In this document: positions 49,481-59,100 of the stretch, piece by piece | Numbering within the stretch: the first letter of the stretch is position 1 | Layout of the letters: each line of letters opens with the position of its first letter | Source of the DNA: a bacterium | GTDB lineage: Bacteria > Zixibacteria > MSB-5A5 > GN15 > FEB-12 | Assembly: GCA_043811375.1 (NCBI GenBank) | Contig: JBDRNJ010000039.1 | Location: 1 to 64,000, forward strand | Reading direction: 5' to 3' | DNA length: 64,000 nt | The notes under the pieces: generated by a model | Told to the model about the DNA's origin: nothing | What the model saw: the letters and a program-made list of their open reading frames with translations, nothing else | Database searches by the model: none | Made by a program: the position numbers and the translations under genes

Positions 49481-51432
49481 GGGCTGCTTTCCGAACTGTC
49501 CGGAGGATTGAGGTCAATATCCATACCGCCGCCCCATTTGGAATCTGTTATCCAGTAAGCGTTGTCGCTTCCATTGCCGTCGTACTGGTCGTTGCCGCCC
49601 AGGTCGATAAACAGGCCGATTGATCCGAAATCACGCCGTGGGTTGCCATAGCCCTGAGAGTTAAGCCGGTTCTTTACGAAATAGCGGTCATCACCCTCGT
49701 TGTCGATCAACACCCCGACACCGTTGGCCGATCCGGCTCCCTGGGAGAGATCATAGGCGGTGTAGGTATCATCGCCGTGACGATCCAACAGCAGGGCGCA
49801 GGAGTAATCGTGCCCGCAGCCGTGCATGAGACCCTTGCCGAAATAGACATCGGAACCATAGTCATCGATCAAGATGGCCAGCGTCATGTGGGTGGCCGCT
49901 CCCTGGGCGTACTGAAACGAATGGTAGTTGTCGTTACCGGACGAGTCGTAGATAATCCCCAGTGACCACCAGTAGCTGGCCGCCTGGGCGAAGATATCGG
50001 AATAGTAGCTGTCGTTCCCCCGGCAATCGATGATGGCGCCGATACCACCCGAGGCCCACGGGCGCAGTCCTAAACCGAAACCCTGCGAGAGCGACAGGTA
50101 GTGGTCCCTGTATCGCAGAATATCTTTATACTTCCCGCCGGCATAGTAGCTATCGGATCCGTCAGCTTCAAAGATGAGGCCAATTCCCTCGATGGAGCCG
50201 AACCCCTGACAATAAACGGCACCGTTGTAAATATCGCGGCCGCCTTCGTCAATCAGCATCCCGAGACCGAATGTCCCGGCTCCCTGCACGTGAGTGTCGC
50301 CGTCGTAGCGGTCATTGCCGGCGGCGTCGTAAAGCAGCCCCAGTCCGAAATAGCCCGAACCCAGAGCAAACGACCCGGCATCATAACGGTCGTCCCCACC
50401 GAAATCGAGCAGCAGACCCACCGAGAAACATCCCGACCCCAGGGCGTAGTCGGTCTCAGCCCGGTAGCGGTCATCGCCGGCCAGGTCGATAATAATCACT
50501 CCGTGCGGTTGAGCCGGGTCGTAAGTCAGATCGTAGACGTCATCACCGCCAAAATCCAGGATGAAGTCGTAATCGCCCTGATAGTAATCATTGCCAATCC
50601 CACCGATCTTCCAGCCGCTTTGCATGCCCAGATATGACTGGCGGTCGGCGTTGTCGGGCAGGTAACCAAGCCCCTCCAGGATCGTCTTCGCCGACACCTC
50701 GCCCGACTCAAGACGCCGCCTCAGGCCCCTGATTTCAGCCATAAGTCGCTGCAGGCAGTCGATACCGGCAGCTACAATCGGGTCCTTGTCGATAGTCGTG
50801 CCGAACTCCACAAAGTGCTCCGTGTATTGTTCTTCAATTTTCTCCAGGGAATCGATCGCCTCGACCGACAGGAACTCCTCCTCCTCGCTTATGACTATCA
50901 GTTCCTTGAATTCATTCCGCAGAAATCGGCGCTGTTCGGTGCTCAGCCGGGCCAGTGATTTCTCAGTCGAGCGAGGAAAGATTACATCAAGATAGGTGGC
51001 TGCCTGGTTCAGCAGTTGGTTGAAAGCAACATCGTTGTAATAGAGGTTGTAGGGCTGTTGTATCTCGTTGATTTCCGGTTGGTATGGCCGTGAGCGGCTC
51101 TGCTGGTGCTGACCGACCAGGTCCCTGTAAAGCAGGGCCGCCAGAATCTCCGGCTGGGTGGTCACGTGGCTGCTTTTCAGGTCGGTGGCATAGCCGATCA
51201 TCCCTAACGGCTGCTGCATAAGATCGGCGACTATTTTCAGCCGAAAAGAATCCGGCTCGGTATAGTCCGGGCGAAAGCTGATATCATCCGGTTTGAGACC
51301 CAGGTACTCGGTCAAGTGACGCAACCCGAACTGCTCCGGCGATACCGGCAACATCGTTGCATCTTCCTCTCCAGGCAGGCGTCCGGCGGCGAGCAGAAAC
51401 AGCAGAAATACCAATAGACACTTGCGTCTCAT
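49477..51432 (-). CDS. Secreted protein with many G.G.L.D..G.D.Y (Asp/Gly, putative Ca-binding) repeats
   Basis: Signal peptide MRRKCLLVFLLFLLAA; repeats such as LLLDFGGDDRY, LLYDAAGNDRY, LIDEGGRDIY, LIDNEGDDRY. Confidence 0.75.
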   Translation of the reverse strand: MRRKCLLVFLLFLLAAGRLPGEEDATMLPVSPEQFGLRHLTEYLGLKPDDISFRPDYTEPDSFRLKIVADLMQQPLGMIGYATDLKSSHVTTQPEILAALLYRDLVGQHQQSRSRPYQPEINEIQQPYNLYYNDVAFNQLLNQAATYLDVIFPRSTEKSLARLSTEQRRFLRNEFKELIVISEEEEFLSVEAIDSLEKIEEQYTEHFVEFGTTIDKDPIVAAGIDCLQRLMAEIRGLRRRLESGEVSAKTILEGLGYLPDNADRQSYLGMQSGWKIGGIGNDYYQGDYDFILDFGGDDVYDLTYDPAQPHGVIIIDLAGDDRYRAETDYALGSGCFSVGLLLDFGGDDRYDAGSFALGSGYFGLGLLYDAAGNDRYDGDTHVQGAGTFGLGMLIDEGGRDIYNGAVYCQGFGSIEGIGLIFEADGSDSYYAGGKYKDILRYRDHYLSLSQGFGLGLRPWASGGIGAIIDCRGNDSYYSDIFAQAASYWWSLGIIYDSSGNDNYHSFQYAQGAATHMTLAILIDDYGSDVYFGKGLMHGCGHDYSCALLLDRHGDDTYTAYDLSQGAGSANGVGVLIDNEGDDRYFVKNRLNSQGYGNPRRDFGSIGLFIDLGGNDQYDGNGSDNAYWITDSKWGGGMDIDLNPPDSSESSP

Positions 51433-51700
51433 AAGCTGCAAGTATCACAACGGCAGCGGCGGAATCAACAACAATTGCCGGTATACCGGGGACACCGTTA
51501 CTTGTGGGGCAACCCCTTGGTTGTGAACCGCGATCATAGATCGCGGCCACACGGACTTTTATTGGCTGGAGACGAATTTCCACCCTGCCAAATTGTAATG
51601 TTTTGAGGGTGACGTCAGGCGACTCGAGGCTGTCCTAAAAGGTGATAATTACAGCTCGCGTAGGGTGGGGGCTTGTCTCCCGCCAATAGAAATGGCGATG

Positions 51701-51732
51701 CCACCGGCGGACGTAAAGCCCGCCGCTACGCG
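51701..51732. repeat. 32-bp inverted repeat, left copy
   Basis: CCACCGGCGGACGTAAAGCCCGCCGCTACGCG; the reverse complement of 52810-52841 differs at 2 positions. Confidence 0.85.
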
Positions 51733-51826
51733 GGTTTACCGAATGACGATTTATTCGATGCAACGTTAAATGTACTCAAAGCTTACTTGTGGGGCAACCT
51801 CGGGTCGCCCGACAGCACTTCAGCAT

Positions 51827-51855
51827 AAAAAAAGCCCCCTTTACAGGGGGCTTTT
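51827..51855 (-). terminator. Intrinsic terminator after pilin gene
   Basis: A7-GCCCCCT-TTAC-AGGGGGC-TTTT. Confidence 0.85.
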
Positions 51856-51880
51856 CTGATTCGATCAGATGCGTGTTGTA

Positions 51881-52294
51881 TTACACGTCGTTGATCGTGC
51901 AAACCAGGACACCGGCCTGGGTTATCGTCCAGGTGTCAACCACGGCGTCGTCATCGAGGTTGGCGGTGGCGGTGAAAGTGTTGGCGGCAGCCACTATAGA
52001 GTACGTGTACAGGGCGCTGGTCATAACATCAACACCGATCTGCGGGAAAGTACCTCCGGCAGCGGCGGCAATGCTCACACCGTTGTCACCATAGGTGGTG
52101 TTGGCCTGACGGTAGGTGCGCTGCATGGTGTAAATCTGCTTCAGAAGCTGTTTGGCTTCCGACTGCTTGGACTTGGTGGTCGCCTGCATGAAACGCGGAA
52201 TAGCCAGGGCAGCCAGAATACCGATGATCACGACCACGATCATCAACTCGATAAGGGTGAAACCCTTCTGGCGATTGTGGAACTTAGTGAACAT
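51881..52294 (-). CDS. pilA: Type IV pilin, probable major pilin
   Basis: KG|FTLIELMIVVVIIGILAALAIP class III signal; AGGAGG RBS, own sigma54 promoter and terminator. Confidence 0.9.
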   Translation of the reverse strand: MFTKFHNRQKGFTLIELMIVVVIIGILAALAIPRFMQATTKSKQSEAKQLLKQIYTMQRTYRQANTTYGDNGVSIAAAAGGTFPQIGVDVMTSALYTYSIVAAANTFTATANLDDDAVVDTWTITQAGVLVCTINDV

Positions 52295-52363
52295 TAAAAC
52301 CTCCTACGGTTTTTGATTTAGGTTTTTTGGTTCTGGTTCAGTTTCGTTGTTGCTATCTCCATC

Positions 52364-52379
52364 GGCAAAGACCGTACCC
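52364..52379 (-). promoter_or_regulatory. sigma54 (-24/-12) promoter of pilA
   Basis: Minus strand GGGTACGGTCTTTGCC = GG-N10-GC with TTGC; NtrC-family activator encoded nearby. Confidence 0.7.
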
Positions 52380-52526
52380 CGGTTGATGACTATTTTTGAA
52401 CAACCTTGATAGGCTGCAACCGCCTGCTATGAGCGGGAATACCTGATTATGTCGACCGGGTATGGCCTGTCGTCAACAGTCGGGAAAGATCATGCCGTAA
52501 ATGTCCGGAGCAAAACGCCAGACCTT

Positions 52527-52539
52527 TTGCATTCTGCAA
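52527..52539. promoter_or_regulatory. Candidate enhancer (UAS) for the PilR-like activator
   Basis: Palindrome TTGCA-TTC-TGCAA about 150 bp upstream of the sigma54 promoter. Confidence 0.4.
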
Positions 52540-52809
52540 TGAGCGGGAGGGGTGGCAGGCCTTTTTTACCTGACGTTGTTTGGTGCTAATTATGATAGCT
52601 GCCCAGGTGGCGGGTTCGAAGACGGACCCGCCCTACGGGGAGTGTTGAGAAACCTGCGTTTCACGTCATCGCGAGGTACGCCTTGCGTGCCGTGGCGATC
52701 TCAATTTACTGCTGGAAACTGAGCCCGGTAGGTCAAACCTTGCCGCTACGCAATTAAGGGCGGCTTGCCGCTCGGAACCACAGGGGCTCCAACCTACCAG
52801 ACCCTATAT

Positions 52810-52841
52810 CGCGTAGTGGCGGGCTTTATGTCCGCCGGTGG
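52810..52841. repeat. 32-bp inverted repeat, right copy
   Basis: CGCGTAGTGGCGGGCTTTATGTCCGCCGGTGG. Confidence 0.85.
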
Positions 52842-52912
52842 TAAATCACTTCTGTATGTATGAGACAAACCTTGATGTTAAGCAGCGTTGCCCGATTGCA
52901 GACAACCCAAAG

Positions 52913-52937
52913 AAAAAGCCCGCCTCAGGCGGGCTTT
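52913..52937 (-). terminator. Intrinsic terminator after second pilin gene
   Basis: AAAAA-GCCCGCC-TCA-GGCGGGC-TTT. Confidence 0.85.
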
Positions 52938-52958
52938 AAGCGGTATCGATACTCGGGC

Positions 52959-53387
52959 TCAGGTGCTGACATCATTGATAGGGTTTTGCAGAATTCCTGT
53001 CTGGTCGATAGTCCAGGTATCTATGGCGGCATCATCGTCGATATTGGCCGTGGCGGTAGCCGTGAAGGCATTGGCGCCGCCGACTACGATATAGGTGTAT
53101 TTGGCGTCCTGCATAATCTCAATCCATATCTGGTTTAATGCATTGGGTGCAGCGGCAGATGCCGGACCACCCGGAATATAGTAGCTGTTGATCATCGACT
53201 GCTGCCGATAGGTGCGCTGGTTGACATAAATCTGCTTGAGGATGAGCTTTGCCTCGGACTGCTTGGTTTGGGTGGCGGCGCGCATGAATCGAGGAATTGC
53301 CAGTGCCGCCAGGATGCCGATTATGACCACGACAATCATCAACTCTATCAGGGTAAAACCTCTTGGACCGTTGAGCCTTTGTCTCAT
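52959..53387 (-). CDS. Type IV pilin paralogue
   Basis: RG|FTLIELMIVVVIIGILAALAIP; shares KQSEAK, QRTYRQ and DTWTI with pilA. Confidence 0.9.
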   Translation of the reverse strand: MRQRLNGPRGFTLIELMIVVVIIGILAALAIPRFMRAATQTKQSEAKLILKQIYVNQRTYRQQSMINSYYIPGGPASAAAPNALNQIWIEIMQDAKYTYIVVGGANAFTATATANIDDDAAIDTWTIDQTGILQNPINDVST

Positions 53388-53463
53388 TTTTCCCTCACTT
53401 CTTAAAAAAGTCTCTGCCTGTAGAAAACGGCAAATCCTGTTCCCGGTAACTGGTCAAAACCTG

Positions 53464-54867
53464 CTACTTCTTCTTTGTTTCGGGTTTCGGCCGGGAAGAT
53501 CCCTCGACCAAGAACTCCCTCATCTGGTAGCGTTGAATTTTCCGGTACAGCGTCGAAGTGTCAATACCCAGGATCCTGGCCGTTGCCGCTTTCTTGCCGC
53601 CGGTCTGGCTCATGACGTAGTGGATATAAGCCTTTTCGATCGACTCCAGGGTCGGTGTGGCCGCCTCGGCCTCACTTACCACCGTCACCGGTTGGGGTCG
53701 GCGTAATTTCTCGGGGAAATCGACAACGTCCAGGGTCTCGGTTCGGTTGAGCAGAACAGCCCGTTCAATGGTATTCTCCAGCTCCCGTACGTTTCCGGGC
53801 CACCAATAATTTTCCAGCACGGCCATTGCACGGGGTGAGACAACCTTGACCGGCAGTTTTAGCTTTTGGCAAAAAATCGAGACGAAATGCCCGGTCAGTA
53901 GTTTAATATCTTCCTTACGCTCCCGCAGTGGTGGAATGTGTATGGGGACAACATTGAGGCGGTAGAAAAGATCGCTGCGAAAGCGTCCCGTTCTGACTTC
54001 TTCCTCCAGGTCGGAGTTGGTGGCTGCTACCAGACGCACATCAACTTCAACCGGACTGGTGCCTCCCACCGGGGTGATCTTCTTGTCTTCGAGCACCCTC
54101 AGCAGTTTGACCTGGATGGCTGTGGAGATGTTGCCGACCTCATCGAGGAAAAAGGTGCCGCCATCGGCCACCTGAAACAACCCCTCTTTCTCGCTTATGG
54201 CACCGGTAAAAGCACCCTTTTTGTGTCCGAACAATTCCGACTCCAGCAGGGTTTCCGGCAGCGCCGCGCAATTGATGGTCACAAAAGGCCCGTTGCTGCG
54301 GGGAGAATGGTGATGCAGGGCTTTGGTGATTAGGTCCTTGCCGGTGCCGGATTCGCCAAGGACCAGCACCGTAGAATCGGACGCCGCAATCCGCATGGTC
54401 AGTTTTTTCAGCAACACCACCGATTCTGAAGCGCCGAGGAAATTGTCGAAAGAGTTGTTATCCTCAAGCTGCTTCTTGAGTGACTGGTTTTCGCTGATGA
54501 GTTGTTTGCGTCTAATGCTGCGTTCAATGGCGAGTTTGATCTCATCGATTTTGAACGGTTTGGTAACGTAATCCAAGGCGCCCTGTTTCATCGCCTCAAT
54601 GGCGGAGTCGACCGATGCATAGGCGGTCATGACAATCAGGTCCTGTTCGGATTTGAACGCTTTGATCTCCCTCAGCACATCAATGCCCGACATTTCGGGC
54701 ATACTCAAATCAGCCAGAACCAGGTCATAGTTGTTTTCTTTGAGCAGAATTACACCCGCTTTCCCGGAACCGGCGGTATCGACCCGGTAACCCTCCTTGG
54801 TCAGCATTATTTCCATGAAATTGCACATGGAGTCTTCATCGTCGATAACAAGTATTCTGGCCGGCAT
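53464..54867 (-). CDS. pilR: sigma54-dependent response regulator (REC-AAA-Fis HTH), PilR-like
   Basis: ILVIDD, DLSMP, GESGTGKD, ESELFGHKKGAFTGA, WPGNVREL, HTH LGIDTSTLYRK; adjacent to pilins (gene name from context). Confidence 0.85.
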   Translation of the reverse strand: MPARILVIDDEDSMCNFMEIMLTKEGYRVDTAGSGKAGVILLKENNYDLVLADLSMPEMSGIDVLREIKAFKSEQDLIVMTAYASVDSAIEAMKQGALDYVTKPFKIDEIKLAIERSIRRKQLISENQSLKKQLEDNNSFDNFLGASESVVLLKKLTMRIAASDSTVLVLGESGTGKDLITKALHHHSPRSNGPFVTINCAALPETLLESELFGHKKGAFTGAISEKEGLFQVADGGTFFLDEVGNISTAIQVKLLRVLEDKKITPVGGTSPVEVDVRLVAATNSDLEEEVRTGRFRSDLFYRLNVVPIHIPPLRERKEDIKLLTGHFVSIFCQKLKLPVKVVSPRAMAVLENYWWPGNVRELENTIERAVLLNRTETLDVVDFPEKLRRPQPVTVVSEAEAATPTLESIEKAYIHYVMSQTGGKKAATARILGIDTSTLYRKIQRYQMREFLVEGSSRPKPETKKK

Positions 54868-55037
54868 AGAATCTCCCATTCGGGGTCCGACAGGTCGACC
54901 GGACCCTATCAATATAATATTCGGCAGACACCCGGGCGCCTGTACGGTTGCCCGGGACAATGGTCACAGATTGAACAGGCGGTTGACGGTCGGGCGAGGT
55001 CTGACTACATTGAACATGGTCGAAAAGCCTGAAAATT

Positions 55038-56048
55038 ATGGGTAACCCATTGGAAAAATACTCACACCGCGACCGCCTGGAAATGATAATGGCCGGCGAG
55101 AGACCCGACCGGTTTGCAGCTTCCTTCTGGAGACACTTCTTCCACATGGAGCACCACGCCGAGGGCACCGCCGAAGCCATGGTTTTTTTCCAAAAGATGT
55201 TTGACTGGGACTTCGTCAAGATTAATCCCCGGGCCGACTATCATGTCGAGGACTGGGGGTTCCGACAGGAATGGTCCCACAACGAGTTCAACAAGCACCG
55301 TAAGACGCACTTTCCCGTTACATCAGTAGAAGACTGGGATAATATCGCCCGGCTGGAACCGACCGCGGCGGTGCTGGCCGAACACTTGAGGGTGATATCA
55401 CTGGTGCGCAAAGGCTGCGGCAAAGAAGTACCGATTCTGATGACCCTGTTCAGTCCGCTGGCGGTGGCCGGCCGCATGGTATCAGATCGACAACTGCTGG
55501 CAGGTCATTTACGGCAACATCCCGACCGGATGGAAAGTGTTCTGGAGGTTATCACCGATACTTACGTCGGGTACACCGCCGAAATCCGCAACGCCGGCGC
55601 CGACGGCCTCTTTTTCGCCACCACCCAGTGGGCTTCCGGTGATATGTTAACCTGGGAGGAATACCAGCGTTTCGGTGTTCCTTACGATCTGAGGGTAATA
55701 GCCAGCGCCGAGAGCGATGCTCTCAATCTTTTGCACGTCTGTTGCTCGAACAATTTCCTGCCGCAACTGGCCGAGATCGATTACAACTGCCGGTTGTACA
55801 ACTACGACAGTAACGATGAGACCAATCTCTCCCTGGAGCAAGCCGGTCGGCTGCTTTCCGGGAGGACCCTGGTCGGTGGCGTCGATGGTCAGGACTGGCT
55901 GCTTAAGGGCACACCTGACGACGTACACCGACGGATCGAAACCTTCAAGGCCGCCCATGATGCCGGCCGCCTGATAATCGGTCCCGGTTGTGTGGTGCCA
56001 CCGGAAGTCCCGCTGGACAACCTGCGAGCCGTACGGGAAACACTCTGA
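55038..56048 (+). CDS. Uroporphyrinogen decarboxylase / MtaA-CmuA methyltransferase superfamily protein
   Basis: TLFSPL, AGADGLFFA, HVC and C-terminal IIGPGC motifs. Confidence 0.8.
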   Translation: MGNPLEKYSHRDRLEMIMAGERPDRFAASFWRHFFHMEHHAEGTAEAMVFFQKMFDWDFVKINPRADYHVEDWGFRQEWSHNEFNKHRKTHFPVTSVEDWDNIARLEPTAAVLAEHLRVISLVRKGCGKEVPILMTLFSPLAVAGRMVSDRQLLAGHLRQHPDRMESVLEVITDTYVGYTAEIRNAGADGLFFATTQWASGDMLTWEEYQRFGVPYDLRVIASAESDALNLLHVCCSNNFLPQLAEIDYNCRLYNYDSNDETNLSLEQAGRLLSGRTLVGGVDGQDWLLKGTPDDVHRRIETFKAAHDAGRLIIGPGCVVPPEVPLDNLRAVRETL

Positions 56049-56512
56049 TGGATAAACGCCGGGCCAAACTGATTGCCGACGTTACTGCCGCAATCGCCGA
56101 CAAGCATACGGAATCCGACATCCTGAAGATTACTGTGCAACTGATTGACGCTTTCTCCGACGGTTATGACTGGACCGGTTTCTACATGATGCACCGGGGC
56201 GTGCTCGAGGTGGGACCGTACGTCGGTCCGGAGACGCCCCATACACGAATTGAACTCAACAGCGGCATCTGCGGTGCTGCCGCATCGCAAAAAAAGGCAA
56301 TCGTGGTGGACGACGTCAACGCCGACCTGCGCTTTTTGGCCTGCTCGACAACTACCCGATCTGAAATCGTGGTGCCTCTCATGGACGGCGACACCTGCCT
56401 GGGTGAGATTGACATCGACTCCAATCAACCGGCGTTCTTCACGGACGATGACAAGGAGATGCTTAAGGTCATCGCCGGTCTGATTGTTCAAAGACTGAAA
56501 GGAATCATGTAG
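56048..56512 (+). CDS. GAF-domain protein (free Met-R-sulfoxide reductase MsrC-like)
   Basis: WTGFY, GICG.AA, VDDV, ACS..TRSEIVVP, GEIDIDS. Confidence 0.85.
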   Translation: MDKRRAKLIADVTAAIADKHTESDILKITVQLIDAFSDGYDWTGFYMMHRGVLEVGPYVGPETPHTRIELNSGICGAAASQKKAIVVDDVNADLRFLACSTTTRSEIVVPLMDGDTCLGEIDIDSNQPAFFTDDDKEMLKVIAGLIVQRLKGIM

Positions 56513-56542
56513 AGTCGTTCGAGGTGCCGGCGCCGAGGCTCA

Positions 56543-56977
56543 TTATTTCCGCCGACGTCTTTCCTGAAGCTCAACGAGAACACCACTGGCGCTCGAAGGA
56601 TGCACGAAGGCAATTCTGCCGCCCTGGGCACCCACTTGCGGCTCCTGATCTATCAACCGAACCCCGGCGGCTTTCAGTTGTGACAGCTTTTCTTCGATAT
56701 TGTCCACGTAGATGCAGACGTGATGCAAGCCCTCACCCCTTTTGTCGATAAAGGTTGCCAGCGGGCTGTCCCCGGACAGGGGCGTCACCAGTTCGATGCG
56801 ACTGTCGGTGGCGGAGTCGGGGTCGTCGGACGTGGGGAAGATGGCCACCCTGACCTTCTGTCGAGGTACCTCCTCAATTTCAGGCCGATCGCAGCCGGTC
56901 AATAACCGATAGCGCGCTACGGCTTTCTCAAGATCTTTTACGGCGATACCTATGTGTGAAACCAGAGGCTTATCCAT
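56543..56977 (-). CDS. mce: Methylmalonyl-CoA epimerase
   Basis: HIGIAV, IELV, GEGLHHVC, IAFVHP, GVLVEL; context with the mutase. Confidence 0.92.
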   Translation of the reverse strand: MDKPLVSHIGIAVKDLEKAVARYRLLTGCDRPEIEEVPRQKVRVAIFPTSDDPDSATDSRIELVTPLSGDSPLATFIDKRGEGLHHVCIYVDNIEEKLSQLKAAGVRLIDQEPQVGAQGGRIAFVHPSSASGVLVELQERRRRK

Positions 56978-56978
56978 A

Positions 56979-57533
56979 CTACGGCTGCCCGGTCTCTTCT
57001 TCCTCAATTGCCGCGGCCGAGTCGGCTGCTCGTATCATACCCTCGTATGCCATCTGCAGGTCAATGGAGGTAACCGTCGGTTTGATCCAGCGGCCCCGGT
57101 GATAGAAGATCTGCAACTTCTCGCGCAGAAACGTTTCCTGTCCGGTCGGTCCTTCGAAGTGTACGGTAACATCGACCAGGGCCGAGTCCCGGTCGAAAAA
57201 CTCGATTTGTCGCACTTCGATAAAGGTGAGAGTATCGGCATTGGCCCAGCGAACCTGTCCCATTCCGAGATACTCGTCGAAGGTATTTTCGTCAGTGAAG
57301 TATTCAAACTCGTTATCATACAAGCCCGATTTGTCGCCGTATCGCAGACGATCCATGACATCGTTAAGCATTCTCTCGATACGATCTTCCTCGGAAAGAC
57401 TGTCGGCGACCTCCTGCACGGCAATAGTGTCGACGGTTTTGTGTTCGGAACCACTTTCTTTGCCGCATGTCCCTAAAAAGAAAACTATTACTCCGAAAAA
57501 CAAAAGCCGCGTTGCGTTAGACACCGGTCTCAT
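56979..57533 (-). CDS. Hypothetical lipoprotein (NTF2-like fold possible)
   Basis: Lipobox-like FLGTC after a hydrophobic stretch; overlaps the mutase stop. Confidence 0.6.
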   Translation of the reverse strand: MRPVSNATRLLFFGVIVFFLGTCGKESGSEHKTVDTIAVQEVADSLSEEDRIERMLNDVMDRLRYGDKSGLYDNEFEYFTDENTFDEYLGMGQVRWANADTLTFIEVRQIEFFDRDSALVDVTVHFEGPTGQETFLREKLQIFYHRGRWIKPTVTSIDLQMAYEGMIRAADSAAAIEEEETGQP

Positions 57534-59100
57534 GGTATTCACCCCACACTTGCCGAAAGACATTTGAAATTTCTCCCACCGTGGCATAGTTCTCCACCGC
57601 ATGTATTACAGGTTCCACAATGTTTTCACCGGCCACGGCTGATTCTTTCAGGAGCCGCAGATCGCGGTTTATCTGTTCGTTATCGCGGTTGCTTCGTCGC
57701 CGCTTCAGTTCCTCAACCTGCTTCTGTTCGAGTTGAGGATCAAGTTTTAAGATACCGGGCAAATCTGTCCTATCTGACTCAAACCGATTGACGCCAACCA
57801 CCACCGAGGTCTTATCTTCCACGCTCTTCTGGTATCGGTAGGCCGAGCGGGCGATTTCGTCCCGGAAATAGCCGCTTTCAATGCAGCACACCGAGCCGCC
57901 GCGCTCCTCAACGGTATCCATCTGAGAGCGGATTTCTTTTTCCAGTTCCCGGGTGAGGTACTCCACGTAATACGAGCCACCGAGCGGATCGGCCGAGGCC
58001 GCCGCGCCTGATTCGTGCGCCAGGATCTGTTGCGTTCGCAGGGCGATGGCGACCGATTTTTCGGTCGGCAGGGCCAGTGCTTCGTCATAGGCATTGGTAT
58101 GCAGTGATTGTGTTCCCCCCAACACGGCCGCCAGGGCCTGGACGGTCGTCCGGACGATATTGTTCTCCGGCTGCTGGGCGGTCAGGGTGGAGCCGCCGGT
58201 TTGCGTGTGAAAACGCAACAGCAGCGATCGCTCGTTTTTGGCGCCGAAGCGTTCTTTCATTATCTGTGCCCATATCCGACGTGCCGAGCGGAATTTGGCT
58301 ACTTCCTCGAACAGGTCATTGTGGGCCGCAAAGAAAAACGACAGCCGGGGCGCGAACCGGTCGATATCCAGCCCCGCCGAGAGCGCTGCCCCGGTATAGG
58401 CGATAGCGTTCGACAGGGTGAAGGCAACCTCCTGCGCGGCGGTAGCACCGGCCTCACGAATATGGTAACCGGAAATCGAAATGGTATTGTAGCGGGGGAG
58501 ATGCTCGTTGGTCCAGGCAAAAATGTCGGTGATGATCTTCATTGATGGCTCCGGCGGCAGGATATAAGTACCCCGGGCGATAAACTCCTTAAGCACGTCG
58601 TTCTGGACCGTACCCGTGAGATTTTTTAATGATACCCCCTGTTTCTTTCCGACGGCAACGTACATGGCCAGCAGGATGACGGCCGTGGAGTTGATCGTCA
58701 TCGAGGTTGACACCTTATCCAGCGGAATGCCGTCAAACAGCGTTTCCATATCGTGCAGGGAATCGATAGCCACCCCGGTGCGGCCCACTTCTCCGGCCGC
58801 CATCGGGTGGTCGGAGTCGTAGCCGATTTGCGTGGCCAGGTCAAAAGCCACCGACAACCCGGTCTGACCTTTGTCGAGCAGGTACCTGAAACGGCGGTTG
58901 GTTTCCTCGGCGGAGCCGAACCCGGCGTACTGGCGCATCGTCCACAAACGACCCCGGTACATATCGGCATAAACACCGCGCGTGTACGGATACTTCCCTG
59001 GCGGAGGCAAGGCCTCTTTTACGGTACCGACCGCTTCGTTTTCCATGGCAATCACCGGAATCTCAATACCCGATGTCGTCTTTCGTGATTCGTCCGCCAC
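57517..59100 (-). CDS. Methylmalonyl-CoA mutase family, substrate-binding (large) subunit
   Basis: [53 protein letters not shown]. Confidence 0.95.
   Translation of the reverse strand: MADESRKTTSGIEIPVIAMENEAVGTVKEALPPPGKYPYTRGVYADMYRGRLWTMRQYAGFGSAEETNRRFRYLLDKGQTGLSVAFDLATQIGYDSDHPMAAGEVGRTGVAIDSLHDMETLFDGIPLDKVSTSMTINSTAVILLAMYVAVGKKQGVSLKNLTGTVQNDVLKEFIARGTYILPPEPSMKIITDIFAWTNEHLPRYNTISISGYHIREAGATAAQEVAFTLSNAIAYTGAALSAGLDIDRFAPRLSFFFAAHNDLFEEVAKFRSARRIWAQIMKERFGAKNERSLLLRFHTQTGGSTLTAQQPENNIVRTTVQALAAVLGGTQSLHTNAYDEALALPTEKSVAIALRTQQILAHESGAAASADPLGGSYYVEYLTRELEKEIRSQMDTVEERGGSVCCIESGYFRDEIARSAYRYQKSVEDKTSVVVGVNRFESDRTDLPGILKLDPQLEQKQVEELKRRRSNRDNEQINRDLRLLKESAVAGENIVEPVIHAVENYATVGEISNVFRQVWGEYHETGV

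Noticed and set aside
51881..52294. Geobacter-type electrically conductive pilin
   Set aside because: Full-length pilin; lacks aromatic residues at mature positions 27, 32 and 51, with only about 10 F/Y/W in about 126 residues
52607..52640. tRNA fragment (GGTTCGAA)
   Set aside because: Part of a GGCGGGTTC...GACCCGCC-CTAC REP-type hairpin; no cloverleaf
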